From NCBI RefSeq assembly GCF_006345805.1, contig NC_043002.1, positions 26,846,001 through 26,910,000 on the forward strand: a stretch of DNA of 64,000 nucleotides. The letters run 5' to 3'. The notes under the pieces are model-generated. The model was not told the origin of the DNA, did no database searches, and saw only the letters and a program-made list of their open reading frames with translations. Within the stretch, counting starts at the first letter, position 1. Every line of letters starts with the position of its first letter. A program made the position numbers and the translations under genes. Shown one piece after another: positions 12,911 to 25,054 of the stretch. The stretch comes from Octopus sinensis (lineage: Eukaryota).

Positions 12911-13458
12911 GAAAGCGATAATTGAAGATTATGAACATTACAAAATATGTTTTAAAATATTACAAAATATCTTTCTAATGTTTAACACACTTCGACATTG
13001 CACACATTTTTTGAATACAATAAAAAATGTGAAATCCAGACCATGTTGTAACTTTATTCAACTGATATATGTGTTTGTGTAAGTCTGTATGTGTATGTAT
13101 GTACGTGTGTGGATGTGTTCTTGTGTGCTTGTTTGTTATTATATACATTTTACCGTATTCTACAGACATTAATTAAAATATGGACTGTCCCTGTGATACT
13201 TTTTACAATATATCTGTATCAGAATATTTTTGTTAAATATCTGTAACCTTCTCATGAGTATATTGGTAGTGAAATGTCTTTTGCAAAAGTTCCCTCATGT
13301 TTGCCCGTTGCTAAGCATTGCTAAACATTTTTATATGCGTGTACGTATTCATGTACGTGTGTATGCATATGGCTATATATATATTAGTGTGAGCGTGCGT
13401 GAGCGTGTATTCGGAACAAGCAGGACGTTAAGAAAACAACTCCCATAAATTTAAGACC

Positions 13459-13541
<83 letters not shown>

Positions 13542-13683
13542 GTGTGTTTGTGTATGCGTGTCTGTGTATATATATATTTATATATATATATATGCATATT
13601 ATCTCTCTCTCTCTCTCTCTGTCTATCTATCTTCTATCTATATATGTATATATATATATATGTGTATACGTATATATATATGT

Positions 13684-13714
<31 letters not shown>

Positions 13715-13998
13715 ACTATTTATTTGCCAACTTAAGGCACATAGTAAACATAGGCTGAAACACTCAGGCACACATTCACACACGCAGACATACATACTAT
13801 CACTCAGACATATACGTAAACATGAATACACGTACACTAAAATATTTGGTAATGCTTAGCAACATGCAAACAAAGGGAACACTTGCAAGAGACATCTAAA
13901 TATAAATACTCACGTGACAAGATTATACAGTGTGTAAAGAAAATATTCTGAGAATGAATGATGGAAAATTTCAAAAAGAGGTGCATATATATATATGC

Positions 13999-14084
<86 letters not shown>

Positions 14085-15117
14085 GTGTGTGTGTGTGTGT
14101 GTATATAAATATATACATATGTATATATGTATGCAAATATACAGTATACATATACATACATATATACGCACGTATATGTTTGTCTGTGTGTGCGTGTGTG
14201 TGTGTATGTGTGCGTGCATGCTTGGTGCGTGTGTGAGTGTGTGTGTTTTTTTGCGTGTGCGTGTTTTTGAAATTTGAAGAAAGCTTTTCTTCAATTGAAA
14301 ATTATATTAAAGATTCTTTAAAAAAACGGAATGACGCGGACTATTTGGAAGGATGTTTTCTCATTATGCGTACGCGCTAAAGCAGCTTAGTGATTTTCAA
14401 ATACATTTATTATAAAGGAAATTCCTTTTAGCTGCGCTACTGACTATGTTGAGTGTAGTTTCGGATTTAAAATTCTTACAAAGTGTTCATTTTTTGTCAT
14501 TCATAGCTAATCACGATCTTCTGTTTATTTTTTTCTTTTTGTGGGAAAAATCAGAAATATTTCGAATTATCCATTTGCACAGATGTCAACATGCTCACTA
14601 CCACGAAAACAACCACTAAATCTTTAAAAAAATTCTTAACAAAGACGAATTCACATTGGAAGTAGATATATGTAGATAATACATAGCAGAGACGTTGTTG
14701 GACGTTTGAAAAACAATGAAGAGGGAACGACCAAAATATTGATGAATATGAAGATTTTAATGTTAACAAACAAATCTCATTTACTGAATCGTAAGTACGC
14801 AATGCAATGAGAATTATACTGGCGAAACGGGATCAGATTTAATATATCATGTTAAGGTACATAAACAACAAATTGAAGATGGATCTTTGAGAAATGAACC
14901 ATTTAGTGCAAATATTACTAGTGCAAATAGAAAATTAAAAATATTTCCATTTTTCAATATCATAAGAAAATACGAAAGGCAAAGAAACTATAGTTAATAT
15001 GAAGTCTAAAGCCGAAACTAAATCGGAAACAGTTCATACCAGTATCATTATGCACAATATAGCTGCTTTGGATACATGGCAAGATTGATCATTATTCATA
15101 TTTGCGCCTCACTCGTA

Positions 15118-15252
15118 CCTTTCAATTTCGATCTAGCAAACTCACACACAAGGCTTTGATTGACTCTCGACGCTATTATAGATGACATTTGTCCAAAGTA
15201 CCACGAGTAGGTCTGCACCCAGAAGCAAACTTTATTGCAACAGGGACACGCC

Positions 15253-15255
<3 letters not shown>
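15118..15255 (-). mobile_element. Family A SINE 5' half, old
   Basis: The reverse complement gacctactcgtggtactttggacaaatgtcatctataatagc...caaagccttgtgtgtgagtttgctag matches the family A core. Confidence 0.75.
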
Positions 15256-15296
<41 letters not shown>

Positions 15297-15319
15297 TTTC
15301 ACATTTTTGAACGTAGTTT

Positions 15320-15513
15320 GCAACTTCGAGAACGAGTAGGTTGTCGATTACATCGATCCCAGTACTCACCTGGAACTTATTTTATCAACCCCAAAATAAT
15401 GAAAGGCAAAGTCAGTCGCGGTAGAATTTGAACTCAGAAACTCAGAACGCAAAGACCGACGAACTGCCTCCATGCAGTTTCTTCAGCGTGGTAACGACTC
15501 TGCCAGCTCTCCC
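15320..15513 (-). mobile_element. Family B tRNA-derived SINE
   Basis: gtcgattacatcgatcccagtac...gaaaggcaaagtc...gaatttgaactcagaa...gactctgccagctc aligns with 22807-23039. Confidence 0.85.
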
Positions 15514-16282
15514 AACATTTCTGTGTGAAAGTGTATTTAAACAAATGAATATTAAACCGAAAATTTATCAATACTTTTCGTAGAGTACATATCTATTAAA
15601 TGCTTGCAAGGAAAACATTGACAGTTATTTCGGAGTATTCTTCGTCAGACAGTCTGCAAGGATATTCCTTGCAAAATATTAAAAATATATGAACACATCC
15701 ATCCATCCATCCACCCAACCATTCATTCAGCCATCAATCGATCCATATATTCATACATTAATTCGGTTATCACGTGATAAAAATTTTGTTTTATCCTTAG
15801 CTAAGGACAAACGAAAAGCAGACACTTGTTAAAGCTGTGACTGAAAATTAAATGGCCGCCGCCGTCCTTGCTTGCACAAGGTTATTCAAAATATACGTTA
15901 TAGTTTATATACATAAGTGTATGTATGTGTGTGTATTTTAAACTCTGTAATGCGTACTGAAGTGATTCATGTTTCGGTGGAAGATGTGTCGTGGATGGGG
16001 GTGTAGAGGCTCGCTATTGGTTGCAGGAGCGATTTGATATGAAGTAGAATGCTGATTTTGGTTGAATTTTGTTTTGTTAGTACAGAGGTTGAATCGGATT
16101 GGAAGAGGTACCAAGTACAAATAAAATACAAGTTAATCAACATTACTTAATATAACGGTGTACTGTTGATAACTACTGTATTGGCGTGGCTATGTTATTT
16201 CATTTCTTATCTATTTTATATTCTACCTGATAAAGATTGACACACTGATATTTGGCAACAATGCATGCATTCAGCAAAATGT

Positions 16283-16520
16283 GTCGCTCAGTAGTCACCA
16301 AACCACCCTACGAAACGTATCTAGCTCCCTTCGAAACCTACCTGTTTGATTCAATGAAAGACCGTCTTTGGGGACAACGGTTTGATTAAGTAAAATTAGG
16401 GAAACTGGATAGAAAAGATTAGGTACAACAGTGCACAACAAAACTTTTTATAGAGGACTCGCATAGTCATTTGCTTGTAATGGAGATGAAGCTGTGTACT
16501 GCCTTCGTATAGAGGAAGAG
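16283..16520 (+). mobile_element. Mariner transposase C-terminal fragment
   Basis: Reads PPYETYLAPFETYLFDSMKDRLWGQRFD, a decayed PPYSPDLAPSDYHLF motif. Confidence 0.75.
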
Positions 16521-16617
16521 TTACTTTACCAGTTTCAATCACCTATGTAAACTACTGATAAAGCTATGCCGACATTTGCCTTATCTTCAGTAAACCTAGG
16601 TATGTCCAAGTATATGC

Positions 16618-16680
<63 letters not shown>

Positions 16681-16724
16681 ACTATATATCTATCTATCTA
16701 GCTAGCTAGCTCGCTACCTGTCTG

Positions 16725-16774
<50 letters not shown>

Positions 16775-16793
16775 CATCTATCTATCTATCTAT
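16618..16793. repeat. (CTAT)n tetranucleotide microsatellite
   Basis: Direct reading. Confidence 0.97.
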
Positions 16794-17395
16794 TTTCAGT
16801 ATGCTCTGCCACTTCAAACATGAATATCTAATCGTTGTTATTATTGATTAACATCACTGCTCCTATCTTATGTTGTGTGCTGATGACACTCAAGGTTCAT
16901 TGGTGTAAAGTGACTTCGAAACACCGCAGTGTTAACCCTAATTGTGTCTCTCCTAAAACTACTCTGGCGAACTGATAAATCTAAAAAGAGCACGAGGTCT
17001 TCTTTATAAAAATTAGTGAAGAAACTATTTACTGATGCGTGCTGATAGCTGACAAATATACAATAATTTATAGTGTACGCACATAACTCAGAGAATGCAG
17101 CTTTGGTACAGTATTTCTACAGTGGTTACTATTAAAATGCAAACAGCTACAATAGCTACTCGTGAATCATCTTATCTGGCGTTCTAATATTGCAACGAAT
17201 CCACTACCTTTGATTTGAAATATTTTCTCGAATCAGAGTGTATGATTTCAAGAGTATTTGAACTCAGAGCGCAAGTTTCTCAGCAAATACGCAAGACGTC
17301 ATAACACACGCTCTAATGGAATTGCAAATCTGCCATATATATATATACATATGCTCGAAACGTAAAACCATCTTTCTTTCCTTCCCACGCATATA

Positions 17396-17561
17396 CGCGC
17401 AGAAGCGGCTGTGTGGTGTGTAGCTTACTTACCAACAACATGGTTCCAGGTTCAGTCGCACAGCGTAGTACCTTCGGCAAATATCTTGTACTATAGCTTC
17501 GGGCCGACCAAAGCCTTGTGAGTAGATTTCGTAGATGGAAACTGAAAGAAGCCCGTCGTAT

Positions 17562-17627
<66 letters not shown>

Positions 17628-17840
17628 TCGTTTTTCTCCACCATCATCGATTGATAACCGATATTGGAGTGTTTAATCCCCCGCCCCGTAAGATAGCGGT
17701 TTGGTAAAAAAAAGGCCGATAGAATAATTATTAGGCTTACAAAGGATAAGTCCTAGGTTCAATTTATTTGATTAAAGGCGGTGCTCCAGCATGACTGAAC
17801 TCAAATGACTGAAAAAAATTAAAGAATAAACGAATAAAAG
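17396..17840 (+). mobile_element. Family A (OR2-like) SINE, near full length
   Basis: Same head, core and tail motifs as 8670-9080. Confidence 0.9.
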
Positions 17841-17884
17841 AAAACGTAACAACAGAAAACAGCAGATTTTTTCGATCTCTTTTC

Positions 17885-18545
17885 TCGAATACTGTTGCTT
17901 TCTGTTGTTATTTTCAGTGTTTTTATTGGTTGTTTTCTGAGGGTTTTAACACTTATGTCTAGCAGGCAGGCATATTCATGTGTCCTTATCATATGAATTT
18001 TAATTACATGGCTATATAATGCTAATCTAGGCATGCCATCACTTATACCTTTATTGTTGTTATTATCAATTATTTATATTGCCCTCGATAATAATAGCAT
18101 TAATAATATCTATTTGGATATTCACTCCCGAATATTTGCTCCATGTTGAAACTTTTCACACTGAGGTTGGTCCGATTTGGTGCTGAACACTTCAGAGAGC
18201 CTGCAGATTTCAGCTTGACGGGTTGGGAAGTTGTTTTCAAATGGGCGACACGTACTGATGAAGGTAAGATTTATCTCATATACACTAGAAGCAAGAAATA
18301 TATAGCACTTTGCTATATAAGTTTGCCCGAATAATATTGTTTTCTATTGTTATTTTCAGTGTTTTATTGGTGGTTTAATGAGGGCTTCAGGTCTTATGCC
18401 TAGCAGGCAGGCACATTGGTGTGCCCTTATCATATGAATTTTAAATATATGGCTATATAATGCCTGTCTCTGCTTATATTATTATTGTTGTTATTACCCA
18501 CTGTTTACAATACTCCCGATAATAATATAGATCTAATATAATAAT
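17885..18545 (+). repeat. Diverged ~443-bp tandem repeat (about 1.5 units), PLE pseudo-LTR-like
   Basis: cgaata...tgttattttcagtg...ctagcaggcaggcaca/tatt...cttatcatatgaatttt...ggctatataatgc occurs at about 17885 and 18328. The unit ends in a decayed CTGATGA...CCGAA motif. Related sequence is at 32092-32320. Confidence 0.75.
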
Positions 18546-18550
18546 AAAAT

Positions 18551-19790
18551 AAGATCTGATAGGGTTGCCTGGCTTTTCAACAACCTTAATTCTTAGTTTA
18601 AGTTTAACTAGGGTCCTTCTAAAGCGGTACACCAGTTCACCTCCAGGGGTGGTGTCAACGAACATGACACTCTGGTATTTATGGCTATCATACCAAGAGT
18701 TGGCCTTCCCTATTTTCTTTTTTGTCCTTTCTATATGTGTATATCAGATCTATAATTGGTAGAACCTATCCTTTTAGTAGAACCCTCTGTACGGATAACT
18801 ATTGCACTGTATGTAGATTTAGCCCACAAACAAACTGTAAAGCCAGAAATGTGGTCTATAGTATAAGATGTATAGAGGGACGATGCAGTAACAAGACAGT
18901 AACATACGTAGGGGAAACAGCAAGAAGCATTGTAGAGCAGGTGAATGAACATTGGAGACAACTCAAGGAAGGTAAGAGCTCATCGATTCTGTACCAACAC
19001 GCCGAACAGGAACACGGGGGATCAATCAATAACATAGAGATTAAGATATTGTCCACACATAGAACAGATGCAACAATTAGACAAATTACAGAAGCTACAC
19101 ATATAATAGAAAATAAACCTAGCCTGAATAGAAAACTAGAATGGAGCAATAGCACACACCACAACATATGACGATAGTGGATCCTGCAAACATAATAAAT
19201 ACACAGATAATTAAAGAAATAGAAATGAATAACTATATATATGTATATGTATCTATGTATGTATATATGAATATATATATATATATATGTATATGTGTAT
19301 ATGTGTGTGTATATATGTATATATATATATATATATATTTTTTTTTTTTCTTTTTTTTCGATTAGATTTATTATTATTATTACTAATATTGTTGTTATAC
19401 ATACATACAAGCATATGTAATGATAATAATGGATGGATGTAAACACATGAACAAAATTAGAACAAAAGCAACAACAACAAAAACAAAATACAAATTACAT
19501 GAATGTATATAAACAGAAGATACAAATATTACAGGCATCCCCCCCCCACACACACTAAATAAACATAGACGCACATAGAGATATAAGCATGCGCAAATGA
19601 AGACATACAATAGAAATACAAAATGGCTGACGGTTAGTAAGGAGAGACACAAATAAGTGAGAAGAAAACAAAGGACCACTGATGCGGTCACAGGAGTGTG
19701 ACAAAAGAACTTTGGCCGAAATAAGATTAAGATTAATGTAAAAAATAAATATTACTGAAGCAAAATAACACCAAATATATAGTGCGTGTG
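18551..19790 (+). mobile_element. 5'-truncated Penelope-like element with 5' inversion (GIY-YIG domain and A-rich 3' region)
   Basis: Plus strand 18741-19171 reads CTVC...NVVYSIRC...TYVGETARS...EH...LYQH...EATHI...PSLN (GIY-YIG). The preceding protein segment SVMFVDTTPGGEL...IKVVEKPG is inverted at 18551-18735. Confidence 0.88.
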
Positions 19791-19925
19791 TTTTTATTGG
19801 CTAAACTGGCAATATGACCATTCCGAAATATAACAATATATATATATATATATGTACATGAATATATATGTATGTATATAATATACATATAGATTTATAC
19901 ACACAAAAACACACACACATAATAT

Positions 19926-19992
<67 letters not shown>

Positions 19993-20338
19993 CACAAATT
20001 ATTAACGCAGTTCTTTCGATATGTGTATATAAAATCCCATAAGATTATTTTAAATAATTTTGACTGCGTATTTTCATATTGGTATTAGATATACGTTTAT
20101 TAAGCAATTCTTATATAGTTTACTCATACATACCTATCTATCTGTGAGAACGTGTGTGTGTGAGTGTGCGTGTGTGTGTGCGCGCGCGTGCGTGTGTGTG
20201 TGTGTTTATTTGTACATCGCTTTCTTTTGCATTAAAATGAAAGTTAGTGACGAATGAAAGTTAATTATGGTTTCCACATATCGCCATGCATATGCGTATA
20301 CATACAAACACACTTAAATATATATATGTGTGTGTGAT

Positions 20339-20373
<35 letters not shown>

Positions 20374-20383
20374 ATATGTATAA

Positions 20384-20472
<89 letters not shown>

Positions 20473-22569
20473 GTGTGATTGTGTTTGGTCATATGTGCAT
20501 GTATGTACGTATACTATATATACCAACATGCAGTAATTCATGTCGTATAGTAAGCGTAGGAGTTGAATATTTGTTTGATGGATATCCATCTTTATTTTGT
20601 AATTTATATTTTTTACTCTCTTTTATGAAATTACTGTCAATATTTATGTATTATCCCTTAAGGCTATACATACTGACGCTTCAATGTATTTGAAAATGAT
20701 GTATGAAACTAACCAGTCTTGCATTCGCCTCTTTGATACTATGACGTTCAACACATTTTCTTTTATGCCTCTCTCTGCTATGCTTCCATATGTTGCTAAG
20801 AATAAATAAATAAATGAAACGCCTAAATCTATAATTGGTTTTTTGAACTGCATAAAGAAGTCATCTCTGTTTGCTCTCCGGCACTGGTTATTCAAATATA
20901 ACCTATTGATTTTTTTGCAAAGATGCAAGGTTTCATGTTTATAGATTATGGTAAGAAATAAAAATCTGAATTGCATTCTACTACACACTTTTGTAGGGAT
21001 GAAATTTCAAATCTCTGATATGGTTACTAACGATAGACTTAGTTTAAATTTAAAACACCGGTTTCTTTCGCTATGTCCAAAACAGCAATATTTTAAGCAT
21101 GAAAAGCGTGAGTACCTTGTGTTCATGTATTTCATCAAATATTTATTATTAGCACTGTATTGTATGTAGGAACCTTGCTGTCTACTAAGGCTTTCAGCAC
21201 ATGTATCATATGTTGGATTTTACGATTCAAATATGCATTGTTACGTTAAAAACAATACTAAAGTATGGCGTTCATGTGTTACCCCAGCTCTACAACACCT
21301 CCGACTGTATGCTAAACTATCTGTAGAGATTGTTTTTTATATGCATGCAAGTTTCTACACCATGACGTTTTATCGAAAACAAATATCGTCAACTTGGGAT
21401 GATACGATTTAATACCACTTTCGTCGGAGTTGTTGATGTCAGTCCACAAAAGGGCAGGAAAGATACCACAAGGTATTTTGAGCTCGATTTATTCATATTC
21501 CCACCAGTCCACCAACTTGGAGATTTTTCAAGCTACTCAGATGGATACAAGGTGAAATTTACTTCGACAGTCTTTGAACTCAGAGTGCTGACGCATTCCA
21601 TCCAGTGCTCTAACGACTCTGCCAATTGTTGCAATAAAGGTGTATTACTAACGATAGATTTAATCTACTTTGTGCTCCTGCACGTCATTAGACACCTATT
21701 GAAAATATTTCGTTGAAAGATAGTCACAACACCAGATAGTCGACTCTAATATATTACAGAAAATTTTATTAATCCCCATAAGCTAAAAAGCGAAGTGAGC
21801 CTCGTTGGTATTTGAACACCCAATATATCATACAACTTAATTTAGGTGGGCATTTTGTTCGCTTTAGAATTGATATTTTCTACGCCCAATACATGATCTT
21901 TACTTAGCGTGCTATTATTCGACACGAAATATGTAATACCATATCCGACATTATATAGATAAATGTGTTCATCTTAAAAACACGATTCAGTGTTTCAAAT
22001 GGATTCCACCTAAATTACAGTACACCAATACCTTGTCTACGAAGATTGTTTCATTTTGCATTTAGTAAATACCCATGTAGAAACGGACATAAATGGTGCA
22101 TGACATCAATTCCCTTTTTCACTCTTATAGGTATGAAAATCTTACACAGACATAGACATAGATAAACACACACACGCACGCACTCACACATACACACAAA
22201 CACATATACATACGCATAAACACACATTCACACATACAAACACATAAACATACACACGCATACACGTAAGCATCAACACATCTGCGCGCACGTACACGCA
22301 CAAACACACACCACACAGATATTGCTCATAGCTATTTCATTTCATTTACTTCAATAATTGTTTTAGGGAAAACCATGCAACAATGCAACACAATCCCATT
22401 TCCTCGAAGCAGTAAGTTGAATTCATCTTCTCGACCTCTCTTCCACCATAATGATACAGAGCTGAACTTCTTTTAGATTTGATTTCGAATTGATAGAATC
22501 AGAACTAAAACGATTAGGAAATATTCACCTACCCACTTTGAAATCTATCCAATGAATAATTCAAATATA

Positions 22570-23039
22570 TACCTTTCTGCTCTAGATACAAGGCTCGAAA
22601 TTTTGTAGGGAGGGAGCCAGTCGATTAGATCGACCCCAGTACGCAACTGGTCCTTAATTTATCGACCCCGAAAGTATTAAGTCGATTAAGTCGATTACAT
22701 CGACCCTAGTGCGTAACTGGTACTTAATTTATCGACCCTGAAAGGATGAAAGGCAAAGTCTACCTCGGCGGAATTTGAACTCAGAACGTAAAGACAGACG
22801 AAATACTTATTTCTTTACTACCCACAAGGGGCTAAACACAGAGGAGACAAACAATGACAGACAAACGGATTAAGTCGATTACATCGACCACAGTGCGTAA
22901 CTGGTACATAATTTATTGACCCCGAAAGGATGAAAGGCAAAGTCGACCTCGGCGGAATTTGAACTCAGTACGTAGCAGCAGACGAAATATCGCTAAGAAT
23001 TTCGCCCGGCATGCTAATGAATCAGTCAGCTCGCCGCCT
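22570..23039 (-). mobile_element. Cluster of three nested or tandem family B tRNA-derived SINEs
   Basis: Three copies of tcgatta(g/c)atcgacc...ttaatttatcgaccc. The complete copy at 22807-23039 has, on the minus strand, a tRNA-like head GGCGGCGAGCTG...GAGTTCAAATTCC (B box). Confidence 0.92.
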
Positions 23040-23519
23040 TATTATTCAATTATATAACTACATTGTATACATTAGTATACAATCACTCTTTTACACCCCT
23101 CTAAGTGGTTTACATTCCACTTCTCTTTGTTTTCTGTCTTTTCTATCCTGACCAATGTTGCTTTTCTTAGTACCTCCACCTAAAGATTCCGACTGACTCA
23201 TCTATCCCCTCCAATGTTTTTTTTTATATTTAGCATCTTCGGCCTCCATTCATTCCTTCCTGTTCTGAATGCTGCCCACTGAAACACTTTATTATTATCC
23301 TCACAATCTTTTTATTACCACTATCCAATTTTACTTGTGTGAAAGAATGTAAATGCTGCCGAACTTATAAGCAATAATGAAAAGCTCATAACGTATTTTC
23401 ATTAATTTTGTTAGGTGTCAATCTGGTCGCAAGGCGACATAGATGCTCACTTGCACCTCTCAGACTTGATCTAGTGTAACATCCGGAATGTGATATTTGG
23501 AGAAGAAATGTTTACATGG

Positions 23520-23745
23520 GTACCTGGCTGGTATTCATTATTGTTGAGTTGACTAAGGCAAAGTGCAACGGTGTGCATTGTACAAGGATTCCAGATGCGT
23601 TTGTTCGAGGAATCCTTGACCGAACAGCGTAACTGCTACACCATATATTTCATTGAAAGATCAATCGATGTTTCTCTCCATTCTGAAGTCTACGCTTGTT
23701 GTAACTTCGTGATCATGAACCGAAAACCGTAACCACTAGCCATAC
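23520..23745 (-). mobile_element. Decayed SINE (family C) fragment
   Basis: ggtattcattattgttgagttgactaaggcaaagtgcaacggtgtg...cgtgatcatgaaccgaaaaccgtaaccactagcc is related to 30265-30400. Confidence 0.5.
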
Positions 23746-23834
23746 GAAGAGTGCACACACATAAAAATAAACACTATTCCTGCAAGTCCAAAATTCTACG
23801 CCGCCAGGCGTTGCTGCATTATTAAAATATTCGC

Positions 23835-23955
23835 TTTGCAACCATTTAGTTCAAGGTTCTATTCCATTGCGCTGTACATTGAAACAGTTGTTTTCTACAA
23901 TAACGTCACCGATTTATGGACAAAAACTGCGCGGAAGCACTTTGTATATGTATAT
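23835..23955 (+). mobile_element. Old family A SINE 5' half
   Basis: accatttagttcaaggttctattccattgcgctgtacattgaaacagttgttttctacaataac aligns to the family A head and core. Confidence 0.6.
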
Positions 23956-24559
23956 CGGTGAAATATTTATATATCAACAAGGAACAAGACGCCACTGATT
24001 TGTTTCATGTTTTTTTTTTGTTTGTTTGTTTTAGGAAGTCCTTTACCTTGAATTTAGTAAGTTATTACCTCGACGAATCGACGCCAGAAATGCAATGAAC
24101 CAACGTTTGGCACATTCAAAACCTGCAACCACCGACGCCGTTAATAAGAAAAATAGGATACAAAAATATAACGATATAAATAATTCTGAAGTATGTGCCA
24201 GCTCTAAATTATATGCCAATTCACACCAGCCATGTTTCCTCGTCATATTATGAAATAAGAACACTTCACTAAGACGAAGCAGTTTTTGTTTTTGATAATT
24301 CTTCGAAATAATAGTTTGCCTTCGCATAATTTTCAACTGACATCTGTTGGCTTTTGTCGATAAATATAATGTGTTAGACATAAACCGGTGCCATGATGCC
24401 TTCCTTACTTCCTTGCTTCCAATCACGTTAAGATTTTCCTTCTCTCTTCATCTACTCCATCTTAATATCACAACCACTCAGAGAGGTCTTCATTCATTAT
24501 GACGTAAGAAAAAATAATCATATATACAATAGTGGAATATCTTTGAACCCACAAAAAAT

Positions 24560-25050
24560 AACCATGATGATGATGATGATGATGATGATGATTGTAGTGA
24601 AGGTGCTGGTGGGGATAGATAAGAGTTATGATCATGATGGTCGTGCGATTGTGATTTTGATGGCTACAATAAATGCTGTTTGTGATAAACATGATAATTA
24701 TGGCGGTAAACCCTGGTGAGGTACTTCCATTAGTATTAATTCAGTCATCGGCGTCACTGTGGTTTTGATCCAGGGCGGGATGTAGCTGTATTGATGAAAT
24801 TGTTGAACTATTTGATCTGGTGGGTAGACGACATTCTCTATGTCGTTTTTGTTGTTGCATTTTGGGTTGATGATGATGCTGATGATGATAATAGGAATGA
24901 TAGGAGGAGTTTGACATGCTGCTAGTAGTGATTATGGTAAAAGTGATGATGAAGGTGATGGTGACGATCATGAATTATGGTTGTGATTCTGGTGGAGGGA
25001 GTCAAAGTGATGATTATGATGGCAACGGTTAAGTGCTTTTGATGTTCATG
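24560..25050. repeat. (GAT/GGT)-rich low-complexity tract, continuing at 27265-27780 beyond the Chapaev3 insertion
   Basis: Direct reading; both flanks of the transposon have the same composition. Confidence 0.85.
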
Positions 25051-25054
25051 ATAA

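Noticed and set aside
14583-14790. Plus-strand exon candidate ending at a strong gtaagt donor
   Set aside because: All three frames are closed from the best acceptor.
15850-15885. aaatggccgccgcc (YY1-like motif or MAAAVL start)
   Set aside because: It is a single short motif with no supporting promoter or ORF context.
23890-23945. Apparent exon VFYNNVTDLWTKTARKHF
   Set aside because: It aligns to the family A SINE core.
24043-24426. 127-aa minus ORF with a hydrophobic stretch
   Set aside because: There is no recognisable domain, and the hydrophobic part derives from a T-rich tract.
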